From contig CATNEN010000001.1 in NCBI GenBank assembly GCA_950097015.1, forward strand, positions 5,270,001-5,334,000: a DNA stretch of 64,000 nucleotides. Reading direction: 5' to 3'. Under the pieces are notes generated by a model. That model had not been told where the DNA came from and did no database searches. It was given only the letters and a program-made list of their open reading frames with translations. Source of the stretch: Macrostomum hystrix (taxonomy: Eukaryota > Animalia > Platyhelminthes). The translations under genes were made by a program, and so were the position numbers. Positions 1 to 10,731 of this stretch are shown here, piece by piece (the first letter of the stretch is position 1; the number at the start of each line of letters is the position of its first letter).

Positions 1-1002
1 AACAGTGCAATTAAACTGTTCATGTGATAGACGAGCCACTTCTCGGTGAAAGCAAGCCGCGTGGCTGTACTTGTACGTGAGCTTGCCGCCAGTGTACGGG
101 TCGAAGTAGCTCACAGTAGCCTCGCTGCTACCATCGCAATGACCAGCAAAGTCGACCTCATTGTACACAATGTCCTGCATCTTTATCACGATTCTGTGCT
201 GCTGGCCTGGACCAACAACCAACTGGCTGTGGAATGAGCCGGGCCGTTGACCCTTTGGCGTCAGAAAGACCCGAAATCCGTTCGATATCGTGAGGTCCAT
301 GCCGTATTCCGGATCCCAGTCAATCGGTTTCATATCAACTGTCCCATCTGCAAATATGTGATTATCCTCCGTGCTGTTGTCAATCGGCTTCGGCACTGGT
401 GGATCTAGGAAAAGAATAACTTGAATGATGTTGCTCGGATTCTGAGTAGAGATCCTATCCTTGCTGGTCAAGTTCAGACTGAAGCAGTTCAGAAAGAACG
501 GATCATGATGAATGGCGCCCACCCAGTCTGTGTTGCCTTCAAGAAAAAAGAATATTATAGATGACAGCCGATGTCCCATTTTGTCCGACAGAAACCTGTA
601 CGGCAGGCTATTGACCATGTAAATTCCATAGTTTTCCAGCGCTGAGTTCGGGTCAGATATGCCGAATGCCGATACAGTGCTATTAACTCGACGTCTGTAC
701 TGACTGAGAAGGTTTGAGTCCTCTGCGCCAAGTGTGACAGAATAACTTCCCGAGATAGCGTTCTCATTGCAGATGTACACGTCCGGGAACTCGAATTCCA
801 CAGCGTTTGCTCGCACGGTTGTGGCCACCTCCTTGCTGACAAATCTGCGGTAGGCATCGGACACGCGCAGGGTGCAATAGGAAAATGAAGCCAGCACCGC
901 CATCAGCCAGATCAGCTTGATGTAGGACCTGCGCTCGCCTGTGAAGTGTACCAGACCATGCACTGTAGTCTCGGTCAGGTACTGGTTCACCGCTATGAAC
1001 AT
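1..1002 (-). CDS. DEG/ENaC/ASIC superfamily sodium channel, N-terminal part (open at left edge)
   Basis: Manual translation from ATG at 1002 gives an uninterrupted frame to base 1: MFIAVNQYLTETTVHGLVHF (pre-TM1 T-x-HG motif), hydrophobic TM1 IKLIWLMAVLASFSYC, EFPDVYICN (FPxVTxCN motif), FLNCFS, NGFRVFL, YSHAACF. Missing from the ORF track because there is no stop in the window. Confidence 0.88.
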   Translation of the reverse strand, partial: MFIAVNQYLTETTVHGLVHFTGERRSYIKLIWLMAVLASFSYCTLRVSDAYRRFVSKEVATTVRANAVEFEFPDVYICNENAISGSYSVTLGAEDSNLLSQYRRRVNSTVSAFGISDPNSALENYGIYMVNSLPYRFLSDKMGHRLSSIIFFFLEGNTDWVGAIHHDPFFLNCFSLNLTSKDRISTQNPSNIIQVILFLDPPVPKPIDNSTEDNHIFADGTVDMKPIDWDPEYGMDLTISNGFRVFLTPKGQRPGSFHSQLVVGPGQQHRIVIKMQDIVYNEVDFAGHCDGSSEATVSYFDPYTGGKLTYKYSHAACFHREVARLSHEQFNCTV

Positions 1003-2079
1003 TCTGCGTTGCTCTTCGTCAATTTGAGGCCAGTCGGAGTCAGCTCAGAGTGCAGTATTTGCCGCGCTTAAATTTGCCCGCCCACTTCGCTGTGGATCAA
1101 TAAAGCTACCTTTTGCCGTAGTGCGAAGCAGCGCCTACAGGTTTGGAGATTCCGCGAAAATCATAGGTCTGTTAGGCGGATTGTTTACTCTTTTCTATAA
1201 GCAAGCTTGCCTTCAGTTGCTAGGCAGGCAACTGCTTTTTCTCTCTTCTCGTCTCATTTTCCTTCTCTCCAGTCTTCATCACTTTTGCGCTTTGTCTTTG
1301 GCTAGTATGACAGACGGTTGGTTTCCCAGGTTAGAGGAGAGTAGAACTGGGAGATGAAAATTGAGTAGTTGCCCCGCACAAGCGTTTCCATTGCTTCATT
1401 TTCATAAAAATTATGGGCGTATAAAGTAATAAATTTGCTATTTTATTACAGTATTCCCTGTGGTTGATTGGGAGGAATCTACGAGCGCGAGTCCGGCAAA
1501 AACGAGTTTGCCCAGCTGTTTTTGGTCACCATTTCCCTATCGTCCAATGAGATTTAGTGCTAAATCCACAGTCAAACCAACCTCGGCTGCCTTGAACCAG
1601 CCAGTTCCTCTTCTTCGACCTCACGGATCGATATGTAGCACCACTTCGCATAATTGCTTTCACCAATTGACATTGAAGAATTAGATTGGCGTGTAGATTA
1701 CTTTCAATAGAAATCCACATTAATTGAGCCAACAAACTATAAGAACCCTATATACCTGGAGTTCTTACCCGTGAAAGAAAAGATGCATTTTTATTTACCC
1801 GAAGCTAATTGGACTGAGTGGATTAAAAAAGTACCTGGTAGTTTCTCGGAAATTCAACGATTATAAATCAAAATTATTTAGGCCTAAAAGCTCCCAATGT
1901 CTACTGGAATTTTTTGTTTCTAGAAATTAAACGTGAGAAAACTCAAATATTCGCCAGAGAAAATATACTGTTCTACATATCATACAGCTAGGAAATGTTT
2001 AGCATTTCGACACAAGAGATGGACCGTCTGCAAAGCCATCATTTGGCAAAAAAGACTAAATAAATTGGAATAATGGCTC

Positions 2080-2207
2080 ATTACACTTGTCCCAATCGGG
2101 CCAGATGTGCATCCGACAGCACAGCCGCAGCTATTGCGCGCTGCGCATCTGAAGGCTGCGTACGGCTGTTCAGTCCATGGACTGGGGGGACGCGACACAC
2201 CCTCAAT
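2080..2207 (-). mobile_element. 3' tail fragment of the CORE-like SINE (full copy at 55556-55900)
   Basis: Near-identical to 55612-55720 (CAGATGTGCA.CCGACAGCACAGCCGCAGCTATTGCGCG...GGCTGTTCAGTCCA.GGACTGGGGGGA). Confidence 0.8.
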
Positions 2208-3467
2208 TTCGAGACGCATTATTGGTCATTGCTCTCGTAGCTGAGCAAATATCCTTTAAGATGCCGATTGTCTTAAAGATGAAATATAAAATTTCAGTCT
2301 CAATCAATTCTCCTAAGATAGTTTTACTTGTCAACAACTAATTCATTAATATTGTAATCAGAACATGCATTTATGATAGGGATATGTACTCGTACGTGCT
2401 CAGAGCGCAGGTCGTAAAAGCTACAGTTTTTGTCGGAAATCATTTCTAACAATTGATCCTATTAATTGAGCAGGTCATATAAGTAGTAGTGTCATAGTAG
2501 TATAGGGAGTCAAGTATAGTGTTTTAGGTCAGTAATTACGGAAGTTCCCAATTTTATTATTCTAACAACGGAAAGAAATATTGAACAAAATATTGTCAAT
2601 ATACGAGCTACATCACAGTGAAAATACTACAATCAGAACTCATTTGCCGTGAGAAGCACAACATCATATTGATGGACGAAAGTGTTACGAGCATATTTCC
2701 ACCAAGGGTACTTTGTTTTACTGTATTATTTGTTATTTTATTTTATTTACAGTAAAATTTTGTAATTTCCACGATAAAGTAAAGTAACAAAAATTCTAAT
2801 TCTGAATATTAGCATTCGTTTTCTACGAGTCGTCTTTCGATATTTTCAAAACTAACTTTATTTTGCAGTAGAAAGTGCGAATCATACAACAGAAAATGAT
2901 TATAATAACAGTAGTAACAAAAATGACAAAACAGAATATGCATTTATTTTTACTTCTAATAATACTTCTAAAGCCTATTTGCAATAATTATTTCAATCCT
3001 AATGTTAAAACTGAGCGAAATACGAGAATTCTGCATACAGCATTTTTGTTTGAATTCATGGGTTTAATCTCTCATTTCGGCTGATTCCAGTTGTGCAAGC
3101 AAAAAGCTATTAGGAAAAGTGGCTGCATTACTAACTGAAATTTTAGTTTGATAAGTTAGATAGAAAGTTAGTCGACATGCAATTACATATGGATGCATCC
3201 CAAAAAGTTACATTTCTGACAGTTTTATTATCGTCACTATAGGACTCTTCCTGTCGTTGCTAAGCAACAAGCCAAGCAGATATTTTTATAGTCGACAATG
3301 TAAAAATGGATCGGTTAAATATATTTTATATCACAAGAAAATTTTTCCATTTTGGGAATAAAAATTCTTTTTACTTATGTTTTCGCGAGCTTGATGGTAA
3401 ATTCCGTTGATGCCTAACTAGCATGATGTTAATCGTGCAGCTTTCTATGATTAGTGACGCCTCTTTC

Positions 3468-4188
3468 CCATAGACAGCGTGCAACAATGATATAGTAATA
3501 AACGGCTATGAGTGCTGCAATGGTAGATTTACGCACTAGGAAGCCTAGCATAAGTGCATTGATTTATGACCAAGTGTGTGTGCGCAAGACCAGCTCCTTC
3601 GGCCCATAGACAATACCCGTCTGGGATTTACTGCATAGTAGCTCAGAAGAGGGATGGCACGGAGATCAAGTGGGGCGGAATTTACCGCACAGTTGCGGAA
3701 TTTACTGCACACTTCAATCTATTTCTTTGATGGCCTTTGGGCCATAAACTATACACGAGCTTGAGACGTTTACGCACACTTGGTTATATGTCAATGTTTT
3801 TACATTTGCAGTACGAATAGCCGTTTATCACTGGCATTGTATACTTTTGGACCACAGACAGTTGGGGCGTGCAACAATCAGTCTCACGGAGCGGATATAG
3901 CCAGCGGTCTCGCGGGGCGTGCAGCAATCGATTATTTTGTCGATTGGTGCACGCCCGAAATGTCTATGGTCCAAAAGTAGACCGCCTGACTTAGGGCAGC
4001 AAGAGAACTCAGTTTGGGGAAGGCTGTAAGACAGCGAGACGAGCCGCTGGGGTTCGGGACATAGACAGTAAAGGCGTGCAACAATCAGGCTTCATTGGTG
4101 GCTGGGAAAAAACCCCTCCAAAAGTGTACAATGATTTAGTCTGAGCATTCAGCAAAACATCATTGCTGCACGCTCTAAATGTCTATGG
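3468..4188. mobile_element. Nest of MITE-like elements with CCATAGAC...GTCTATGG termini
   Basis: CCATAGACAGCGTGCAACAATGAT (~3468) is inverted relative to ATCATTGCTGCACGCTCTAAATGTCTATGG (~4159-4188); inner pair CCACAGACAG..GGGCGTGCAACAATC (~3852) / GATTGGTGCACGCCCGAAATGTCTATGG (~3969). Confidence 0.55.
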
Positions 4189-4566
4189 CTAAAGTCATCT
4201 GCAGTTTAGCAAGGCAGATATCATGGCTATAGATAATCATTGTATTGTTGCGCAGATTATGTTTAGTAATAGCCGGATATCTGTGGCACTTAATAATAGT
4301 TATTGCCGATTCAAATTCCTTAAGTTCTTGCAGAAGAATCATTAAATTTCAGAGAAAATTGCACTGCACTTCTATAATATATAGAAAGATAATATTTGAA
4401 TTTGTTTAAATATTTTCCTTGCTTTAGCGATTTTTATTCGTCAAGCTGGTCCACGCGAGATGTTAAAATAAAGTTTTAAATTATAGCAAAACTCCTGCGT
4501 ATAGGTTTTAATAATATTTTAACCAGTGTGCTAACAAAAACACAAAAAAATAATAGTACCTTAGCC

Positions 4567-5648
4567 ACTCTACTCTACTCTACTCTACTTTACTCTACTC
4601 TACTCTACTCTACTCTACTCTACTCTACTCTAATCTACTCTACTCTACTCTACTCTACTCTACTCTACTCTACTCTAATCTACTCTACTCTACTCTACTC
4701 TACTCTACTCTACTCTAATCTACTCTACTCTACTCTATTCTAATCTACTCTATTCTAATCTACTCTACTCTACTCTACTCTACTCTACTCTACTCTACTC
4801 TACTCTACTATACTCTACTCTACTCTACTCTACTCTACTCTACTCTACTCTAATCTACTCTACTCTAATCTACTCTACTCTACTCTACTCTACTCTAATC
4901 TACTCTACTCTACTCTATTCTAATCTACTCTATTCTAATCTACTCTACTCTACTCTACTCTACTCTACTCTACTCTACTCTACTCTACTCTAATCTACTC
5001 TACTCTAATCTACTCTACTCTATTCTAATCTACTCTACTCTACTCTATTCTACTCTACTCTACTCTACTCTACTCTACTCTACTCTACTCTACTCTACTC
5101 TACTCTACTCTACTCTACTCTACTCTAATCTACTCTACTCTAATCTACTCTACTCTAATCTACTCTACTCTACTCTACTCTACTCTACTCTACTCTAATC
5201 TACTCTACTCTACTCTATTCTAATCTACTCTATTCTAATCTACTCTACTCTACTCTACTCTACTCTACTCTACTCTACTCTACTCTACTCTACTATACTC
5301 TACTCTACTATACTCTACTCTACTCTACTCTACTCTACTCTACTCTACTCTAATCTACTCTACTCTAATCTACTCTACTCTACTCTACTCTACTCTAATC
5401 TACTCTACTCTACTCTACTCTACTCTAATCTACTCTACTCTACTCTATTCTAATCTACTCTATTCTAATCTACTCTACTCTACTCTACTCTACTCTACTC
5501 TACTCTACTCTACTCTACTATACTCTACTCTACTCTACTCTACTCTACTCTACTCTACTCTAATCTACTCTACTCTACTCTACTCTACTCTACTCTACTC
5601 TACTCTACTCTACTCTACTCTAATCTACTCTACTCTACTCTATTCTAC
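4567..5648. repeat. (CTACT)n pentanucleotide satellite with CTAAT/CTATT variants
   Basis: Directly visible ~1.1 kb array. Confidence 0.98.
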
Positions 5649-5707
5649 TGTACCCTATAAAGGACGTTGAAAATTCCTTCAGTTCCTTTTCATAAAAACT
5701 AAACTTT

Positions 5708-6119
5708 TTATGTGTAGTAAAATTCATAGGCTTCGATTTCACAGATAGTAACAGGCATCTTCGGATTAAGATTGAGAACCGTTATCCTCTGCCCGTAGCC
5801 CTGGCACATGAAGCTAGACTCGGAGAAAGGCTTCGAGTGGCTCAGTCTGTTGCATTCCACATCGTCCAGTAGAATGCTGAAATTGCTGAGTCTCTCGCTA
5901 CAGCAATCCAAACGATTGAAGATGGTCACGTAGGTAACCGTGGACAGCTTCAGAAGCGTGCCTTGCCACCAAGAACTATATTCGCTTGTTGCCGTGTGGT
6001 AGCAAATACTGCCTCCGGTTATCTAGTACTGGCTTCTATTTCCATCGATTGCATTCCAGAATTCAAGTTTCTAATTTTTTGTGCTCTGAATACAATTTGA
6101 AACTTGAAGCAATCGGCGA
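5708..6119 (-). pseudogene. F-type lectin (fucolectin-like) domain with two in-frame TAG stops
   Basis: Frame reads RRLLQVSNCIQSTKN*KLEFWNAIDGNRSQY*ITGGSICYHT...WWQG...NRLDCCSERLSNF...VTICEIEAY; TAG codons at 6071-6073 and 6023-6025; AIDGN, CxHT, WW, RxDCCxxR and CE motifs of F-type lectins. Confidence 0.8.
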
Positions 6120-6167
6120 CTTAAAATGACGGAACGAAAATAAAAATGGATTAATTTAACTCTTTAA

Positions 6168-6330
6168 AGGTAGAAGGACCACGAGGTTCAAATACCCGCT
6201 GACTACTTTACGATCGCTACCAAACCAATTGACAGATTTTTGTGAATACGGATCGACATTTCCCGCTTTATTGATGAACTAACTTTCAAAGCCGTCTGAC
6301 GTCAGCATCGTCGAAATATCCAGATTGTCA
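6168..6330. mobile_element. Dispersed repeat (probable non-autonomous DNA element); related copies at ~16085-16220 (inverted) and ~19148-19315
   Basis: Shared blocks CTACTT.ACGAT...CCAAACC.A.TGAC.GAT and GATGAA.TAACTTTCAAAGC...GACGTCA..ATCGTCGA.ATAT.CAG. Confidence 0.6.
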
Positions 6331-7169
6331 GCGCCAGGTATTGACTTCAGAGCTACCGGAGCCGAACTGCTATAAATGCCAATTAGCTCGAACTGTTATC
6401 CATCAGGACAACTGCACTTGTGACCGCTATGCATAGGATAGCTACTGCTAGCTACAACACAGACTACTAAAAACTGTTAGTCTGAGTTTTTTATTAGTCA
6501 CTGTTTATCTCTTAGTCTCGTCTCGTAGATAGTCTCGTCTACGAGAATATACCATAGGCTATAGACAGTTATTTGCTAAAAGCAAGATCATTGTATCACT
6601 ATTTGACGATCATTATTTGTAGTTTTTATGCGTTACAATTCATTGTTTGTTTGCTATTCGGCATTGAACCTAGATGAGAAGAGGTATGAATACACTCTAC
6701 CATAGACATCAAAGTTTTCTTCAAGTTTTCTTCACACCCCCTGCTACGAGCGTCTCACTTTTCTATGCCACAGACAGTTCATACGATTTGATCGTCCAAT
6801 AGCGATACAATGAAAAGAAACAGCGGCCCCAGTGCGTGACAACGATTGTTTTGTTGTCACGCACTGGGGCCGCTGTTTATTTACTCATTGTTTGGTCAGA
6901 ACGAGAATAAGTAATATATAATTTATTGCATACTCGTATATTTCTTGCTCGCATGGTCCAAGGGTAAACTCACGACGGAACGCGAAAATCGGCTTCACGT
7001 TGTACCACTGCATTGACATTCTATGCGTACTAAATTTTCTCTGACTTTAAATGTATTTTTTATTTCAATCCAACTTATTTCAATTCAGATGCTCTAAAAG
7101 GTTTTCCACTGATGAGTTTCTCTGCACTACTGTTTTCGTTTGATGACTTTGCACTCATACGTTTTTTCG

Positions 7170-7570
7170 TACAACCGACTAACGCGTTGAAAGAGACAAT
7201 GGAACAAATTATCAGGCGGGTTCTGTTGCACGAATTTCCGCGTCGAGCTTACGCAGATGCCATCAAAGCGCTTCTCACGCGATGGACTAAGTGCTGCGAG
7301 CTAAGGGGGGACTTCGTCGAAAAGTCGTCAGTCGACGGCGATGGCGATGCTGCGGACCGATTCCGCTGGCCTTGACTTGGTGTAACTCTACTCCTTACCC
7401 TTTGTTCTAATTTTGGCCATAACTTTTTAATGAATTGACATTTTTACTTGAATAAAAAAGCGTTAGAACTGCTGGATATTTATTTATCAGTGACGTGAGT
7501 TTCAATAAACTATGTTTCACTAGTTTGCCTGTGCATTGATTTTCCCGCTATTTTTGGGACAACCTACGTA
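7170..7570 (+). mobile_element. Tc1/mariner relic: transposase C-terminus plus right end
   Basis: ORF 7112-7375 contains AIKALLTRWTKCCELRGDFVEK, matching the mariner C-terminal L..RW.KC....GD(Y/F)VE motif; ends ...TTTTGGGACAACCTACG followed by TA. Confidence 0.72.
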
Positions 7571-8067
7571 TATTTTAATAACGCTACAAAAGCCATTCGC
7601 TCTGTGCTGTGAAATACTATTACAAGATCTATTATCGAAAATCTCTAGACGAAAAATATTCGTCTAGAAATATCTGTATGATAAACAAAAAAATGTATAC
7701 TAAAAAACAAGCCGGTGCATTGCACGAGATAGTCATTGTGCTGCTTATAAATTAGTCAGCACTAGTGGCAGTTCTATTAATTTTGCTAACACAGCTGCTC
7801 ACTAGAACGTCGCTGCACGGTCAAATTAATTAGCGTAATTGCCATTATTCAGTGCCAATTAACTTTCCAGCAATTCAAATTAGCCCCTTTGTTACTACGC
7901 AGTCGGAAGCGACTTGACGATGCGATCTGGACTATAATTCCAAAGCCTAATCATCATCATTTGTTTCCTAGATGGGATCTTCTACCTGGCTGGGTCTTCT
8001 ATTTAAAGTTTTCCCAACTCACAAATTGTCCAAACAGCATCGCATTGTAGAATCAAAGAGCATAAGA

Positions 8068-9533
8068 ATGCGCGTTCAGTTTCAGTACTCATATCATCAC
8101 GTTCTCATCACATTAGCGGCCTGCACCATCTTTATCGGGTGCAAGGCAGGCGATTGCGTCAGCAAGCGGAGATTTGTCTTGGCTAACGGCACTCGATCAA
8201 CTGTGCCTGTACCTTTTGAAACTGTCCCGTTTGTTAACAACCTGCCGCATTGTTCATTGATGTGCCGACTCAAGCAGGCCGAGTGCTTCGGGTTCTATTG
8301 GCTAGCTGATTATTCTGTGTGCCGGCTGTTTAATGCTTCCGCATATTTTGCCCGGCAACCGTGGATTAGCAGCTCAGTGCTGACGAACATCTACACAGGT
8401 GTCTTCAGTGGTCCAGGTACAATGTGGCTTTTGCTTTGCTCTCTATAGAAATTTTTATCCCTGCCTCATCTCTCCCTGTCTCATCCCTCCCTGCCTTATC
8501 TCTCCCTGTCTCATCCCTCCCTGTCTCATCTCTCCCGCATCTCATATCTGCCCCTTTTTATCCCATCCGTGTTTGATTACTCCTGCCAAACACGAGCACA
8601 AATTTCCAAACATGGTGATATTATTCCCTCGCAAAAACGTCGTCAAGAGATACGTAAAAAAGATATTATTGATAGCAGTAAAATAAATTTTAAGTCGATT
8701 TCTTTATCGTCAGTAACAACATAAAAGTGGAACATTTAAAACGATCGACTGCATTAAATTCAAAACAGAAGCTGAGAGCCAGCTAAAAATCTCGAGCTGT
8801 TCGCAAAGTTCAACTTTCACCAATGCGTCGTGCTCACTGGCTATCGATGGCAACCTGAGCCAGAACTTCTCAGCTGGCTCGTGTGCTCTAACTGCTAATT
8901 ACGGAGGCGACTGGTGGGAGGGCCATCTAGGCCAGGTGTCTCAAGTCACGCTGCTTCAAATTCTAAACCGTCAGGATTGTTGCGCGGATAGGTTGAACAA
9001 TTTCACAGTGCTGGTTGACGACGTCGAGTGCACCAAAGTAGACCGCATCAATTCGTTTTCGTCCATGATTCTTAATTGCCAGGTGAATTCAGCATAATTA
9101 ATGTGCTTTTTATGTTATTTTATGCTTTATTATGTCAAAGCACGCACTGAAAAATACGTTAGCTCAGATCACTGGCAGTTTATGAGCAGTTCTGCTCTAA
9201 ATGAGCAGTTCGTGGTTGCACTGAATAAATAATTGATTTCCATAGAATTAAGCCTCTAAAATCTAAATTAAGTTCGGATTTTACCGGCAAGCCTGAAAGT
9301 TGGGCTGCGGATACGATGTCTGATTAGTAAATCAAACTTTATGATAAGTTATGCATACACAGGATTCTGTGATATTAAACCAACACAATCCTTATCGTTG
9401 CAATCTTTGAAAGAAGTCGTATAAGCCCTACAAAAATTCTCAGGCCATCGGCAGTCGCTTGCGATTCATCAGCCGAAGGTCGGAACCGTTCAGCCTGTGT
9501 GAGTTTATCGCTTATGGAAACACTTTTGTTTAA
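8068..9533 (+). CDS. Secreted PAN/Apple + F-type lectin protein; exons 8068-8416, 8769-9082, 9444-9533
   Basis: Signal-peptide-like VLITLAACTIFIG; PAN-like CSLMC...C.GFYW....CRLF; exon 2 SQSSTF...AIDGN...SCALT...WWEG...NRQDCCADRLNNF; exon 3 FSLCEFIAYG then stop. GT-AG sites with matching phases 1 and 0. Confidence 0.85.
8459..8572. repeat. Short degenerate array related to the 16-bp TCTCATCTCTCCCGTG minisatellite
   Basis: CTGTCTCATCTCTCC-like units in intron 1 of the lectin gene. Confidence 0.7.
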
Positions 9534-10317
9534 ACGCTTTTCCAATGGTACACCTTTACGGCCGAAATTACTTTGACACTATATTTAATTGCTTAAAATA
9601 TTATTCGAGAATATTTGGAACCTGTATATTCGTAGATGATCGTAAATGCAAACCCTTAGGAAGCTTACTTGACTGGTGAATATCAGGTACCTGTTGTAGT
9701 CTTGAGTGTGTTCATTTCATCTACGGCGCCCACAAAAGTGTAATCTTAACTTAATAAGTGTAAATTTAATTTTCTCTGTAAATTTCAATATTTCATTTTT
9801 GTTTTAATGCTTTTTTCAAATTTCAAATATTTTATTTACCTAAAAGTAATCTTAAGCATGCTACTGTTTTTCTATCGCCTTTTTTAAATCGAATTGTTCA
9901 GCCTTGTTACCAACATCAAATAAACAAAAAAAATCAGCACCCAATCGGCGTGCGCATTTCAATAATAATAATAATAATGGTAATCAAGAAAATCAGAAAA
10001 AATTGTGAACAACAGAAAGCATGGAACGTTAAAGTGAGAGAGTAACTCCAGTTTTTTTACTCAAAAAGCTTTGAATATTTACAATGAAGGAGGAAAATCG
10101 TAGGCAATTTTTCGCAATGCTTTCGTCTATGCTGACTACCTTTTGTTGTAATGCAGTCACAGATATTGTTGACGTTTATAATATTGTTGACCTATTGATA
10201 CTGACCAGCTGTGTCTTCTAACTTTGTAAATCAGGTTCAGTTTACGTTGATAATTTTTTACATAACAAAAATGGCTACGATGAAGTTCCGTTTAGACTTG
10301 GTTATCGATCCGGGAAT

Positions 10318-10650
10318 GAGTCGCAGAGCGGTCTAACGCGTTTGCCTCTCACACCAAGGTCCCTGAGCTCGATTCTGCGGCGAGGCCACATTCATTTGGG
10401 GCGCAGCCGCAGAGAGAAGGCTTGGGGGCCAAGGCATAGTGAAAGTGTATACACTGCCTGACAATGAGAAAGTCAGGGCAGATGTACACCGCTGTGTGAG
10501 TGTCTGCCTGTGTATTGAATCTGTGTGCGTGTGTTATCAAGAGTCAGCAAAACGTGCAGCGGGTCTCCTTGCCTCCTTGTTTGACGCGGGTCTACTGTCA
10601 ACAAATGATGTGCCATTCCCCGCAGCGCTTCTGCTATTATTATTATTAAT
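10318..10650 (+). mobile_element. tRNA-headed SINE family A copy
   Basis: A-box-like GCAGAGCGG, anticodon-like loop CTCTCAC, B-box-like GCTCGATTC, GTGTATACACTGCC hairpin, 3' module and (ATT)n tail; homologous to four other copies. Confidence 0.8.
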
Positions 10651-10731
10651 AGATTGACTGTCAATTATGTGACGCATGTTAGTGAGATTTAAAAATAATT
10701 ATTTAACTCGTGCTGGCAGTTCTATTTGCAT

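Noticed and set aside
1450-1865. Coding-like + strand stretch (…LDWRVDYFQ*KSTLIEP…EANWTEWIKK…)
   Set aside because: Interrupted by stops and not recognisable as any family; possibly a decayed element fragment.
5708-6119. TAG recoding or readthrough in the lectin copy
   Set aside because: TAG serves as a normal stop for talin and bestrophin B in this window; pseudogenisation is simpler.
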